DNA of 64,000 nucleotides from assembly GCA_964474945.1 (NCBI GenBank), contig CAYYUQ010000004.1, positions 159-64,158 on the forward strand, given 5' to 3'. The translations under genes and the position numbers were made by a program. The DNA is from an uncultured Halopseudomonas sp. (GTDB lineage: Bacteria; Pseudomonadota; Gammaproteobacteria; Pseudomonadales; Pseudomonadaceae). The notes beneath the pieces are model-generated. The model searched no databases. It saw nothing but the letters and a program-made list of their open reading frames with translations, and was not told where the DNA came from. Position 1 is the first letter of the stretch, and each line of letters begins with the position of its first letter. Positions 21,532 through 31,671 of this stretch are shown piece by piece.

Positions 21532-22566
21532 ATGTCACAGACTACAGATAGAAACCGCCAGATCCTGCTCGCCTCACGTCCTGTGGGTGCGCCCGTACCC
21601 AGCGATTTCAAACTGGTTGAGTCGCCCATCCCCACACCCGGGCCAGGACAAATATTGCTGCGTAACGTCTGGATGTCATTGGATCCGTACATGCGTGGCC
21701 GCATGAGTGATGCAAAATCCTATGCCGACCCGGTTGCCGTTGGCGGTGTGATGCCCTGCGGTGCCGTCAGCTGGGTAATGGAGTCCAATCTCGATGGCTA
21801 CCAGCCCGGTGACCTGGTCATGTGCTATACCGCCGGCTGGCAGGATTACAGTCTGTCCGACGGTAGCATGGTGTTCAAACTGGATCCGAACATGGCGGAA
21901 CCCTCCCAGGCACTCGGCGTGCTGGGCATGCCTGGCTTCACCGGCTATATGGGGCTACTGGATATCGGCCAGCCCAAGCCCGGTGAAACCGTCGTCGTCG
22001 CCGCCGCTACCGGCCCGGTGGGCAGCGTGGTAGGCCAGGTAGCCAAGCTCAAGGGCTGCCGGGTAGTAGGGATCGCCGGAGGGCCTGAGAAGTGCGCTTA
22101 TGCGGTGGACGAACAGGGTTTTGATGTCTGCCTTGATCACCGTCTGGATAGTCTGGCAGACGACCTGACCAATGCCTGCCCGGATGGCATTGATGTGTAC
22201 TTTGAGAATGTCGGCGGCAAGGTATTCGATGCAGTCATGCCGCTGCTTAACCCGCATTCACGGGTGCCCGTGTGCGGTCTGATCGCCCAATACAACGCCA
22301 CTGAACTGCCCGCCGGCCCGGATCGCTTGCCGCAACTGATGCGCCTGCTGTTGAGCCAGCGTATTCGCATGCAAGCCTTCATTATCTTCGACAACTACGG
22401 CCCGCATTTCCCCGCGTTTCTTGCAGAAATGACCCCTTGGGTCGCCGAAGGCAAGGTGAAGGTCAAGGAGCACCGTATCGAAGGATTGGAAAACGCCCCC
22501 CAAGGTCTTATTGGACTGCTGGAAGGGCAGAATTTCGGTAAGGTCGTCGTGAAAATTGCTGACTGA
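21532..22566 (+). CDS. NADP-dependent alkenal/one oxidoreductase (CurA/PTGR-like MDR)
   Basis: SLDPYMRGRM, LGMPGFTGY, GIDVYFENVGG and NFGKVVV. Confidence 0.9.
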   Translation: MSQTTDRNRQILLASRPVGAPVPSDFKLVESPIPTPGPGQILLRNVWMSLDPYMRGRMSDAKSYADPVAVGGVMPCGAVSWVMESNLDGYQPGDLVMCYTAGWQDYSLSDGSMVFKLDPNMAEPSQALGVLGMPGFTGYMGLLDIGQPKPGETVVVAAATGPVGSVVGQVAKLKGCRVVGIAGGPEKCAYAVDEQGFDVCLDHRLDSLADDLTNACPDGIDVYFENVGGKVFDAVMPLLNPHSRVPVCGLIAQYNATELPAGPDRLPQLMRLLLSQRIRMQAFIIFDNYGPHFPAFLAEMTPWVAEGKVKVKEHRIEGLENAPQGLIGLLEGQNFGKVVVKIAD

Positions 22567-22572
22567 TATCAC

Positions 22573-23094
22573 ATGACGCCAGCAACCAAGGCTCTCGACA
22601 AGGCCCGGCTCACCTATAGCCTGCATCGTTATGAGCATGATCCCCGGGCTGCGTCCTTTGGCGGCGAGGCGGCGGACAAACTCGGGCTGAATCCAGGACA
22701 GGTATTCAAGACCCTGTTAGTCAGCAGCGACAGCGGCGAGTTGCTGGTCGCGCTGGTACCGGTCAATGGCCAGCTGGATCTGAAACTGCTGGCCAAAGCC
22801 GCGAACCTGAGAAAAGTAAGCATGGCTGACCCGGCCGTCGCCCAGCGCACGACAGGTTACCTGTTGGGCGGCATCAGCCCGCTGGGTCAGAAGAAAGCCT
22901 TGCGTACCTTTATTGATGACAGCGCTGAGCAGTGGGAACAGGTCTATATCAGCGCGGGCCGACGCGGCCTGGAAATAGCCCTGGCGCCGGCGGATCTGGC
23001 TCAACAGACCCGCGCTGCCTTTGCCCATATCGGTCGACCAGACTGCTTGGATAATCCGGAAGTCAGCCCATGCCCACATACCTTCTTGCGATAG
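22573..23094 (+). CDS. ybaK: Cys-tRNA(Pro) deacylase
   Basis: [23 protein letters not shown] and SAGRRG. Confidence 0.92.
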   Translation: MTPATKALDKARLTYSLHRYEHDPRAASFGGEAADKLGLNPGQVFKTLLVSSDSGELLVALVPVNGQLDLKLLAKAANLRKVSMADPAVAQRTTGYLLGGISPLGQKKALRTFIDDSAEQWEQVYISAGRRGLEIALAPADLAQQTRAAFAHIGRPDCLDNPEVSPCPHTFLR

Positions 23095-24560
23095 ATCAGG
23101 GTACGACAAGTAGCCGGGCGATGATTTTCAACGCCCAATGCCAACCAATCAGCGTCGCGCAACAGGAGTTCATACAGCACTTTCCCCGCGATGGCTGGGT
23201 TGAACATGACCCGGAGGAAATCTGGCAAAGCGTAGTCAGCGTGGTGCGTGAAGCGCTGGGCAAGGCCAATCTGGTGGCCACTGATATCAGTGCCATCGGT
23301 ATCACCAATCAGCGCGAGACCACGCTGCTATGGGATGCTCACACCGGCAAGGCGGTATACCCAGCCATCGTCTGGCAGGACAGACGCACAGCTGCTGTCT
23401 GCGATCAGCTGAAGGCAGCAGGCCATGAGCAATTGATCAATGAGCGCACCGGATTACTGATTGATCCCTATTTCTCAGCCACCAAGCTGAGCTGGCTATT
23501 GGACAACGTAGCGGGTGCCCGCCAACGTGCCGAGCGGGGCGAATTGCGCTTCGGTACGGTGGACAGCTTTCTATTGTGGCGCCTGACTGGCGGCAAGATT
23601 CATCGAACGGATGCCAGCAACGCCTCGCGCACCATGCTGTTCAATATTCACCGCCAGCAATGGGATGAGCAGCTGCTGCAGCTGATGGATATCCCCGCCA
23701 GCCTGCTGCCGGAGGTGTTGGATAATACCGCCGAGTTCGGTCATACCGAGCCCGGTCTGTTTGGCAGCAGCATACCGATTACCGCTATGGCCGGTGATCA
23801 ACAGGCGGCATTGGTAGGCCAGGCCTGCTTCACACGTGGCAGTGTGAAAAGCACCTACGGCACCGGCTGCTTCATGGTAATGAATACTGGCACCACCCCG
23901 GTACGCTCCTCGCATCGATTGCTTACTACCGTGGCCTATCGACTCAAGGGGCAAACCTGTTATGCGCTGGAAGGCAGCATCTTTGTCGCCGGAGCCGCGA
24001 TTCAATGGCTACGAGACGGCCTCAAGCTGATCCGCCATGCCGATGAAACCGAAGCTCTGGCAGAACAGGTAGGCGACCAGAGTGGCGTCTATCTGGTACC
24101 GGCATTTACTGGATTGGGCGCACCCTACTGGGATCCGCAAGCGCGGGGCGCGATTCTGGGCCTGACTCGGGATACCGGTATCGCCGAAATTGTTACCGCC
24201 GGACTCCAATCGGTGTGCTTCCAGACCCGCGATCTGCTGGAAGCCATGCAGGCGGACGGCGACATACCCATCACCTCGCTACGGGTGGATGGCGGTATGG
24301 TGGTGAATACATGGTTGGTTCAAGCCTTGGCCAACACCCTCGGCGTGCAGGTAGATCGCCCGCGGATTACCGAAACCACCGCATTGGGGGTAGCCTGCCT
24401 CGCCGGATTGCAGCAAGGATTATTCACCAGTCTCGAGGATATTGCCCAACATTGGGATTGTGAACGCAACTTCAGCCCGGTGATGCCAGAGCAGCGACGG
24501 GAGGCTTTGTATGATGGCTGGCTGGGCGCGGTACGGCGGGTACGTGGGGGCAGCCAATAA
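23070..24560 (+). CDS. glpK: Glycerol kinase
   Basis: [36 protein letters not shown] and KSTYGTG. Confidence 0.93.
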   Translation: MPTYLLAIDQGTTSSRAMIFNAQCQPISVAQQEFIQHFPRDGWVEHDPEEIWQSVVSVVREALGKANLVATDISAIGITNQRETTLLWDAHTGKAVYPAIVWQDRRTAAVCDQLKAAGHEQLINERTGLLIDPYFSATKLSWLLDNVAGARQRAERGELRFGTVDSFLLWRLTGGKIHRTDASNASRTMLFNIHRQQWDEQLLQLMDIPASLLPEVLDNTAEFGHTEPGLFGSSIPITAMAGDQQAALVGQACFTRGSVKSTYGTGCFMVMNTGTTPVRSSHRLLTTVAYRLKGQTCYALEGSIFVAGAAIQWLRDGLKLIRHADETEALAEQVGDQSGVYLVPAFTGLGAPYWDPQARGAILGLTRDTGIAEIVTAGLQSVCFQTRDLLEAMQADGDIPITSLRVDGGMVVNTWLVQALANTLGVQVDRPRITETTALGVACLAGLQQGLFTSLEDIAQHWDCERNFSPVMPEQRREALYDGWLGAVRRVRGGSQ

Positions 24561-24681
24561 CAACTGCCTCCTGCGCCGAATCGCCGCTCCCGCAACAGGA
24601 GATTGCCAGGCCGCAGCCGACCCGTGGTAACGGTGCTCCGCCGCGACGCTGGCCGCAAGGCCAGCCAGATTCGAGCTGAGC

Positions 24682-25836
24682 TCAGTCCATCCCTGACCTT
24701 GCCGTCCCCTGCTCCGCCTCGATCTGCGTCTCCACCGCTTCTATCTGCTCGGGAGCCAGATCCTCAGCCGGAACAGCGACCACCTCCTGCTCCTCCCTTG
24801 CCTCGGCATACAGACTCCACGCCGCCATGAACAGCGCAGCGATAAGCGGCCCAATAACAAAGCCGTTGAGGCCGAACAGCGCCAGGCCGCCCAGCGTGGA
24901 AATGAGGATGACATAATCCGGAAGCTTGGTGTCCTTGCCCACCAGAATCGGGCGCAGCACATTATCAGCCAGACCAATCACTATCGCGCCAAAGGCGGTA
25001 AGCACGGCGGCTTCCCAGATAGCACCGGTCGCCAGAAAGTAAATTGCCACCGGCCCCCATATCAGGCTTGCACCCACAGCGGGCAGCAGCGACAGCACCG
25101 CCATCAATACGCCCCAGAGCAGCGCTCCCTGCAGACCCAGCACCCAGAAAATAAATCCGCCCAATACACCCTGAATGGCCGCTACGGCAATATTCCCTTT
25201 TACCGTTGCCTTGACCACGGTGGTGAACTTGCTCAACAGGTGTTGCTTGTAAATCTCACCGAGAGGGATAGAACGGCGCACCGCAGCCGCGACCTGACGC
25301 CCGTCGCGTAACAGAAAGAACAGCAGATACAGCATGATCGTGAAGCTGATCAGAAACTGAAAGGTATTCTGGCCGATGCTGAATGCCTTGGTCGCAAGAA
25401 ATTGACTACCGGTCATGGCGAACTGGGAAATCCGTTCCTGCACACCGGCCAGATCGGTCAGACCAAACCGCTCCAGCAGTTCCCGGGCAAAGGCCGGCAG
25501 CGCGTTGATAACCTGCTCAAGATAGCCACCGAAATCCAGCGTCCCGCTGCTGACCCGCTGATAAGTATTACTGCCTTCCTGTACCAGCGCACCGGCTAAC
25601 AGGCTCATTGGCAGAATTACGATCACCAGGATGATGACCAGCGTAACCGCTGCAGCCCAACCCCGGCGCTGATTGAAGCGCGCCTCAAAGCGGCGTTGCA
25701 CCGGCTGGAAGATGATGGCCAGGATAGTACCCCAGAATACAGCCCCATAAAATGGCAGCAGGATAGCCGTAAAAGCGACTGACACCAGTGCCAGCAGCAG
25801 CACAAAACTCTTGTTTTCCAGGTTAGTATTGGTCAT
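24682..25836 (-). CDS. AI-2E family transporter
   Basis: Multi-TM; DNVLRPILVG..LGGLALFGLNGFVIGP. Confidence 0.88.
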   Translation of the reverse strand: MTNTNLENKSFVLLLALVSVAFTAILLPFYGAVFWGTILAIIFQPVQRRFEARFNQRRGWAAAVTLVIILVIVILPMSLLAGALVQEGSNTYQRVSSGTLDFGGYLEQVINALPAFARELLERFGLTDLAGVQERISQFAMTGSQFLATKAFSIGQNTFQFLISFTIMLYLLFFLLRDGRQVAAAVRRSIPLGEIYKQHLLSKFTTVVKATVKGNIAVAAIQGVLGGFIFWVLGLQGALLWGVLMAVLSLLPAVGASLIWGPVAIYFLATGAIWEAAVLTAFGAIVIGLADNVLRPILVGKDTKLPDYVILISTLGGLALFGLNGFVIGPLIAALFMAAWSLYAEAREEQEVVAVPAEDLAPEQIEAVETQIEAEQGTARSGMD

Positions 25837-26005
25837 GGCTTGTTGTTTGCGTCCACGCAGCAGTTTAGATCACAAGAATAACAGCGACTGATGACGGCTG
25901 ATAGCATCGCCATGGCGTGCGTTTCCATACCAAAAATAACAACACTCTCTTCCCCGCAGGGTCTCAATCAGGTGTGACGCTGTCCTACAACCGGAGACCA
26001 TCGCC

Positions 26006-26317
26006 ATGAAAACACCTGTCAAAGCATTCCCCGCAATCGCCCTGAGCGCCTTGCTGGCAAGCCCTGTTGCATTCGCCGAGCAACAGGACGTTACCTGCGA
26101 ATCCAATATGGCATCGCTATCTGATAACGCCACCTACAACCGTGACGCCCTGAGCGATTCCGCACGACAACAGATTGATGAGCATATTCGACAGGCTGGT
26201 GAAGCCCAGTCCGAGGGCGACGAAGAAGGCTGCGTAGTGCATTCGAGCAAGGCATTACAGGAAATCCGTGGTGCGGGTTCCAGCAAGGATGCGCAAACCC
26301 CACATGACGAGCAGTAG
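26006..26317 (+). CDS. Small secreted hypothetical protein
   Basis: GGAG RBS, signal peptide ending AFA, two Cys, and a downstream terminator. Confidence 0.7.
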   Translation: MKTPVKAFPAIALSALLASPVAFAEQQDVTCESNMASLSDNATYNRDALSDSARQQIDEHIRQAGEAQSEGDEEGCVVHSSKALQEIRGAGSSKDAQTPHDEQ

Positions 26318-26328
26318 TTGCAGAAACA

Positions 26329-26361
26329 ACAAAGCCCTGACGTTTCCGGTCAGGGCTTTGT
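26329..26361. terminator. Bidirectional intrinsic terminator
   Basis: ACAAAGCCCTGAC-loop-GTCAGGGCTTTGT between the small gene and the tRNA 3' end. Confidence 0.8.
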
Positions 26362-26403
26362 TTGGCTTTTGGTCAGGCAGGGGCATCGACAAAAAGCATG
26401 ATA

Positions 26404-26480
26404 TGGTCGGAGCGACTGGAATCGAACCAGCGACCTTCTCGTCCCGAACGAGACGCGCTACCAGGCTGCGCTACGCTCCG
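26404..26480 (-). tRNA. tRNA-Pro (anticodon CGG)
   Basis: Reverse complement is CGGAGCGTAGCGCAGCCTGGTAGCGCGTCTCGTTCGGGACGAGAAGGTCGCTGGTTCGATTCCAGTCGCTCCGACCA: 77 nt, cloverleaf, TTCGA T-loop, encoded CCA. Confidence 0.97.
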
Positions 26481-26495
26481 TATTCATGAGGCGGC

Positions 26496-26523
26496 ATTTT
26501 ACATAATCGTTGTATTTACACAA
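26496..26523 (-). promoter_or_regulatory. Sigma70 promoter of tRNA-Pro
   Basis: TTGTGT-N16-TAAAAT followed by a GC-rich discriminator (GCCGCC). Confidence 0.65.
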
Positions 26524-26578
26524 GAGGAAGATGAAAATTCTTTTGCCGCCCGGTACTTACGTACCCTGACAGGGTTGA

Positions 26579-26899
26579 TCAAGATTCCGCTGCAGCATCC
26601 AGCATGGTTTTCAGTTCACCGGATTCAGCCAGCTCCAGAATGATGTCGCTGCCGCCTACCAGTTCGCCCTTGACCCACAGTTGCGGGAAGGTTGGCCAGT
26701 TGGCATATTTTGGAAGCTCAGCACGAATATCAGGATTCTGCAGAATATCCACATAAGCAAACTTCTGGCCACAGCCCATCAACGCCTGCACGGCGCGGGC
26801 AGAAAAGCCGCACTGGGGAGCGTTAGGTGCGCCCTTCATGTAGATAAGAATGGGATGGCTGGAGAGCTGATCCTTGATGGTATCGATAGTAGTGCTCAT
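26579..26899 (-). CDS. grxD: Monothiol glutaredoxin Grx4
   Basis: CGFS, WPTFPQL and GGSDI. Confidence 0.96.
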   Translation of the reverse strand: MSTTIDTIKDQLSSHPILIYMKGAPNAPQCGFSARAVQALMGCGQKFAYVDILQNPDIRAELPKYANWPTFPQLWVKGELVGGSDIILELAESGELKTMLDAAAES

Positions 26900-27127
26900 G
26901 GGTATCCTCTATGGCGGTTGGTAGCCAGAACGCTGACATTCAGTGTACCGCAAAGCAGCCTGTTCTGCCCAACTGCATGAAGGTCGCACCCGGCCATTTG
27001 CCTTGCGGCGGATTTTACCTATAAGATGCCCGCTTCTCTCTTTTAAGGTATGGCTTGTACCGAGCCAATGGCTGCGGTAAGGGTCGCTATTCCCGATCGG
27101 CAGCCGATCGCAACCAGGTAGCACAAC

Positions 27128-28033
27128 ATGACAGTACGGCATTTTCTTTCGTTGATGGATTGTTCTCAGGCAGAGCTGGCGAGCTTGCTCAAGCGTGGCA
27201 GCGAGCTCAAGGATCTGCACCGACAGGGAGTGATCTATGAGCCGCTGAAAAATCGCGTACTGGGCATGATATTCGAGAAAGCCTCCACCCGTACCAGAGT
27301 CTCCTTCGAGGCCGGCATGATCCAACTGGGTGGCCAGGCAATCTTCCTGTCGCCGCGCGATACCCAGCTGGGCCGTGGCGAGCCGGTAGAAGACAGCGCC
27401 CGTGTGCTGTCGCGGATGTGTGACGCCATCATGATCCGCACCTTTGCCCACGCCACGGTAGAAAGCTTTGCTGCCTTTTCCCAGGTGCCCGTCATCAACG
27501 GTCTGAGTGATGACCTGCATCCCTGCCAATTGCTGGCGGACATGCAAACCTATCTTGAGCACCGTGGCAGCATCAAGGGCAAGACGGTGGTCTGGGTGGG
27601 TGACGGCAATAACATGTGCAACAGCTATATTCAGGCCGCTATCCAGTTTGATTTCCAACTGCGCGTGGCCTGCCCTGAAGGCTACGAACCGGATCAGGCG
27701 TATCTCGATGAAGCCGGTGACCGGGTGACCGTCGTCCGTGATCCGCACCAAGCCGTGGCCGGAGCACACCTGGTATGTACCGACGTGTGGGCCTCCATGG
27801 GCCAGGAAGACGAAGCCGAACAGCGGATGGCGATCTTTGCCCCCTACCAGGTCACACCTGAACTACTGGATCAGGCCGATGAGTCGGTGATCTTCATGCA
27901 TTGCCTGCCAGCACACCGGGGTGAGGAAGTTTCCGCGGCGCTGATGGACGATCCACGCAGCGTCGTTTGGGATCAGGCGGAGAACCGCCTGCATGCCCAG
28001 AAGGCGCTGGTTGAGTTTCTGCTGGTGGAGTAA
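27128..28033 (+). CDS. argF: Ornithine carbamoyltransferase (anabolic)
   Basis: STRTR, HPCQ and [10 protein letters not shown]. Confidence 0.96.
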   Translation: MTVRHFLSLMDCSQAELASLLKRGSELKDLHRQGVIYEPLKNRVLGMIFEKASTRTRVSFEAGMIQLGGQAIFLSPRDTQLGRGEPVEDSARVLSRMCDAIMIRTFAHATVESFAAFSQVPVINGLSDDLHPCQLLADMQTYLEHRGSIKGKTVVWVGDGNNMCNSYIQAAIQFDFQLRVACPEGYEPDQAYLDEAGDRVTVVRDPHQAVAGAHLVCTDVWASMGQEDEAEQRMAIFAPYQVTPELLDQADESVIFMHCLPAHRGEEVSAALMDDPRSVVWDQAENRLHAQKALVEFLLVE

Positions 28034-28041
28034 TAAAAGGC

Positions 28042-29148
28042 ATGCCCGATATCGTTTTGGAGCTGAACAACCTGGCTTGCGGCTATGACGGCCAACCGAT
28101 CGTCAGTGATCTGAGCCTGCATTTGCGCGCCGGCGATATTGGCTGCCTGCTTGGCCCGTCCGGCTGCGGCAAGACTACCACCCTGCGTAGCATCGCCGGA
28201 TTCGAGGCAGTGACTGCCGGCGAGATTCGACTGCAGAATCGGGTGCTCTCCAGCCCCACCCAGCGCGTGCCTCCAGAGCAACGCCGTATCGGCATGGTAT
28301 TTCAGGATTACGCGCTTTTCCCCCATCTGACCGTAGGCGAAAACATCGCCTTTGGTATCAGCAGGCATCCCCAGCGCAAACGTATTGTTGATGAGTTGCT
28401 GGAGCTGGTGAATCTGGATCGTCTGGGCAAGCGCTACCCTCACGAACTTTCCGGCGGACAGCAGCAGCGGGTAGCCCTCGCCCGGGCGTTAGCCCCCGAA
28501 CCAGCCTTGCTGTTGCTGGATGAACCCTTCTCCAATCTGGACGGCGATCTGCGCCGGCGCCTATCAGCCGAAGTGCGGGATATTCTCAAGACCCGTGGCA
28601 TCAGTGCCTTGCTGGTCACCCATGATCAGAACGAAGCTTTTGCCGTATGCGACCAGGTTGGCGTCCTGCGCGAAGGGCGCCTGCAACAATGGGACACGCC
28701 CTATAATCTGTACCACGAGCCTGCCACGCCTTTTGTCGCCAGCTTTATCGGTCAGGGTTACTTCATCCGTGGCCAGCTGTTGACCCCGGATACAGTGCAG
28801 ACCGAGCTCGGCGTGATCCGTGGCAACCGCGCTTATCAGTTGCAGAGCGGCAGTGCAGTGGATGTGCTCCTGCGCCCCGACGATATTATCGGCGACGACG
28901 ACAGCCCCCTTACTGCGACCATCACCGGCAAGGTGTTTCTGGGCGCGACCACCCTGTACCGCCTGCAATTGCCCACTGGCAGCACACTGGAAACGCTCTT
29001 CCCCAGCCATGACGACCATCCGCTGGCTGAGGTACTGGGCATACGTGTAGCAGCTGACCACCTGGTCGTTTTTACTGCTCAGGGCAGTGTCAATGTCAGC
29101 GCTCAATTGCCACTGGAGCAGATACTGGACGGCGGCGAATCTGCCTGA
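28042..29148 (+). CDS. ABC transporter ATP-binding protein (Fe3+/polyamine family)
   Basis: GPSGCGKTT, VFQDYALFPH, LSGGQQQR, LLLDEP and a TOBE-like C-terminus. No permease is adjacent. Confidence 0.9.
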   Translation: MPDIVLELNNLACGYDGQPIVSDLSLHLRAGDIGCLLGPSGCGKTTTLRSIAGFEAVTAGEIRLQNRVLSSPTQRVPPEQRRIGMVFQDYALFPHLTVGENIAFGISRHPQRKRIVDELLELVNLDRLGKRYPHELSGGQQQRVALARALAPEPALLLLDEPFSNLDGDLRRRLSAEVRDILKTRGISALLVTHDQNEAFAVCDQVGVLREGRLQQWDTPYNLYHEPATPFVASFIGQGYFIRGQLLTPDTVQTELGVIRGNRAYQLQSGSAVDVLLRPDDIIGDDDSPLTATITGKVFLGATTLYRLQLPTGSTLETLFPSHDDHPLAEVLGIRVAADHLVVFTAQGSVNVSAQLPLEQILDGGESA

Positions 29149-29224
29149 AAGCCCGGCGTGACTTGGCAACCACCCGGCAGCCCCGGATAATGGCGGCTTT
29201 CCAACCAGCCTGACGAGTCAATTC

Positions 29225-29704
29225 ATGCAGATTGCCAAAGATGCTGTAGTTCAGTTCCACTACTCCCTGTCCGACGCCAACGGCGAAATCGAAAATTCAC
29301 GCGAACATGAGCCTGTGCTCTACCTGCATGGCCAACCTGGTCTGCTGTCAGGCCTGGTTGAGGCCATGGAAGGTCATCAGGCAGGCGACACTTTCCGCGT
29401 TGAGCTTCCGGCTGACCAGGCCTATGGCCCGATCCAGCCGAATGCCACCCACAAGGTTCAGGTAAAACATCTGCAGGGTGCCAAGAAATGGAAGCCCGGC
29501 ATGCTCGCCGTTATCCAGACCGAACAAGGCCCACGCCAGGTAACCATCATCAAGGTGGGGCTGTCCCAGGCCGTGGTTGATAGCAACCATCCTCTGGCGG
29601 GTCGCGATCTTATATTTGACATGGAAATTCTCTCGGTGCGCCCTGCTACCGAAGAGGAACTGGCCCATGGACATGCCCACGGCGCCGGCGGACATCAGCA
29701 CTGA
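29225..29704 (+). CDS. slyD: FKBP-type peptidyl-prolyl isomerase (SlyD-like)
   Basis: AYG, DSNHPLAG and a His-rich tail EELAHGHAHGAGGHQH. Confidence 0.9.
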   Translation: MQIAKDAVVQFHYSLSDANGEIENSREHEPVLYLHGQPGLLSGLVEAMEGHQAGDTFRVELPADQAYGPIQPNATHKVQVKHLQGAKKWKPGMLAVIQTEQGPRQVTIIKVGLSQAVVDSNHPLAGRDLIFDMEILSVRPATEEELAHGHAHGAGGHQH

Positions 29705-29716
29705 CTACTTTACGAT

Positions 29717-29752
29717 TCAACCCGGACACGGCGACGCGTCCGGGTTGATTTT
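29717..29752 (+). terminator. Intrinsic terminator after slyD
   Basis: TCAACCCGGAC...GTCCGGGTTGA followed by TTTT. Confidence 0.65.
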
Positions 29753-29878
29753 ACAGCGGTTTGAATAACGTGATACAGCGGCCTTTTACCTCGGACGTAA
29801 TACCACAAAAAACAACCCAAGCATTATTGACAGATAAAGTGTATTATGGTTGTTTTTCCACGCCGAGGGACAGATCTC

Positions 29879-30106
29879 ATGTCAGTAAAACCTGCCGCCG
29901 TAACCGTTGTGGCCAAGAAACCCACCAGGGCTGCTGCCAAACGTAAACCCGAGCCGGCTGCCGCCACCAGCGAATCCATTAATGATCAGGTAACTGCTTT
30001 TCTCGCCTCCGGAGGAGAAATTCAGTCCATTCCTACTGGCACCAGCGGCCAGACCTACGGTAGCCCTCGCGCCGCCAAACCTGTAGTCAAAGCCCAGAAG
30101 GCTTGA
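29879..30106 (+). CDS. Small basic protein with a SutA RNAP-binding-like motif
   Basis: GAGG RBS; INDQVTAFLASGGEIQSIP resembles the SutA core (AMEEFLSRGGKVQEI, recalled). Confidence 0.6.
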   Translation: MSVKPAAVTVVAKKPTRAAAKRKPEPAAATSESINDQVTAFLASGGEIQSIPTGTSGQTYGSPRAAKPVVKAQKA

Positions 30107-30131
30107 TGGCACTTTCGCCTCGACAAGGGCG

Positions 30132-30623
30132 TTAACGTTGGTTGCTACCCAGTAGCTGAAGATCCTCGTCATACAGCCCGGTTAACAGGGCTGTGCCATC
30201 ACTGGCCACGCGAAAGCCGCCCCAACGTGCTCGTTCATGAACGGTGGCAGTCCCTTCCTGAAAGAAGAATGCGTTCGGCCCGATACTCGCACCCCACTGG
30301 CCTCGACGGATGCGCATGGAGACCATGCCAGGCTCGCTGCCCGGCTGCGCTCCGGTACCGGCCAGCACAGCTCGCCCTTGTGATCCCACATGCAGGTAGG
30401 CATACGCTGGAACAGTTTGTCCGGAATCAGGCAGCTGCGCATCAACAGCAAATCGCAGCGCCATATAATCCCCTTGCATTAACGAACGCGGATCAACTGG
30501 TGCGAGTTCCAGCAGCACCAGTTGTCCGTCCTTCAGCGTTCGTTCAAAGCCCATTACGGTGTAAACCACCACCGCAACGACCAGCAGCCAGCTGGCCATA
30601 ACAGCAATCCGATCAGCTCGCAC
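30132..30623 (-). CDS. GDYXXLXY domain membrane-anchored protein
   Basis: LAPVDPRSLMQGDYMALRF and FFFQEG; GTG start with GGAGG RBS overlapping the upstream stop. Confidence 0.88.
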   Translation of the reverse strand: MRADRIAVMASWLLVVAVVVYTVMGFERTLKDGQLVLLELAPVDPRSLMQGDYMALRFAVDAQLPDSGQTVPAYAYLHVGSQGRAVLAGTGAQPGSEPGMVSMRIRRGQWGASIGPNAFFFQEGTATVHERARWGGFRVASDGTALLTGLYDEDLQLLGSNQR

Positions 30624-31671
30624 GGGCGTCCCTCCAGCGGCGTAATAGAAACCAACGCAGCACGAGCAACAGGGCGCCACTGGCCACCAGCAGCACTGAT
30701 TTTTCCAGCAGAGTGATGTGCAGGCTGTAGTACAGATCAGCTAGGTACAATGTTGCGCCGATGCCGACCAGCACACTCCAGAACCGTTCACAGGCGTGGA
30801 ATACGGCCAGCCATAATGCGGTGGCAATCAACAGCCCCGGGGCTTGCACACCCAGCGCAATCAGCAGCAGCGTTGCCAGCGCCACACCCAAGCGTATGGT
30901 CGGCTGCTGAGCGCGAGCAAGAATAAAGCCGGTCACAATCAGGAGTACACCTGCACCAGCCGGGTACAGCCATTTCAATAGCGGAGCTGCTGCGTCGCCC
31001 ATCAGTTCAGCCACAGAGCTACCCCAACGCTGATTGCCGATGATTGGCCACGCCAGCGCGGCGAGTGTCGCAGCACCTGCCAGCGATCGCCACAGGTCAG
31101 CCCGCCTACTGCCCGCCCAATCGCCGCGGCGCAACCATAACCACGCCGCGACAACCGCCAGCGCCAGACCATACAGCGTCAGCCAACTACTGAAGCCGAT
31201 GAAAACGGCACCTGCCCCAATCGCAATCAACGCGCAGGCCTGGCGGTGGAGCATCACCGCCGGCACCAGCCACATGATGCCAGCGACCAACGCCGCAGCC
31301 ATCGCTACAGGCCACTCAGAATGCCGCCCGGCAATATCCCAGTGGCTGACAGCTACCAACAGGACACCCTGCCCTACCATGGACAGCGCCAACCCCAATT
31401 GGCTGACGAACACGCCGGGCTTTCGTAACAACCACACCGCCATACCCAGCAGGACGCTACCGGTAATGGCAGCGGCAAGGGCACTCTCGTCGATGATGGT
31501 ATACAAGGTACTACCGATCAGCAGCAGCGCCGCCAGCCAGGCCGCCAGTCCTGATAGCAGCGCGACATACCATGGCGCATGGGTGTGCTGCATCAGACGG
31601 TTTGCAGTCGGCTCGTCCACTATGCCCCGTTGGCACAATTCATTCAGTAGCAGTTGCTTTGGATCACTCAT
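30613..31671 (-). CDS. DUF4401-family membrane protein
   Basis: Multi-TM; PWYV..LSG..AWLA, QLGLALS..GQ and YYSLHITLLEKS. Confidence 0.8.
   Translation of the reverse strand: MSDPKQLLLNELCQRGIVDEPTANRLMQHTHAPWYVALLSGLAAWLAALLLIGSTLYTIIDESALAAAITGSVLLGMAVWLLRKPGVFVSQLGLALSMVGQGVLLVAVSHWDIAGRHSEWPVAMAAALVAGIMWLVPAVMLHRQACALIAIGAGAVFIGFSSWLTLYGLALAVVAAWLWLRRGDWAGSRRADLWRSLAGAATLAALAWPIIGNQRWGSSVAELMGDAAAPLLKWLYPAGAGVLLIVTGFILARAQQPTIRLGVALATLLLIALGVQAPGLLIATALWLAVFHACERFWSVLVGIGATLYLADLYYSLHITLLEKSVLLVASGALLLVLRWFLLRRWRDARAS

Noticed and set aside
26404..26480. tRNA-Pro as the attachment site of an integrated element
   Set aside because: No integrase is nearby, I saw no duplicate of the tRNA 3' end, and the flanking genes look like ordinary chromosomal content.
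26900..27127. ArgR operator or leader RNA upstream of argF
   Set aside because: Only partial GTCGC matches were seen, with no convincing tandem site or conserved structure.
28042..29148. ABC ATPase as the inner-membrane partner of the nirS-linked TBDR
   Set aside because: It is about 9 kb away, belongs to the Fe3+/polyamine ATPase type, and its position after argF is an ordinary Pseudomonas arrangement.
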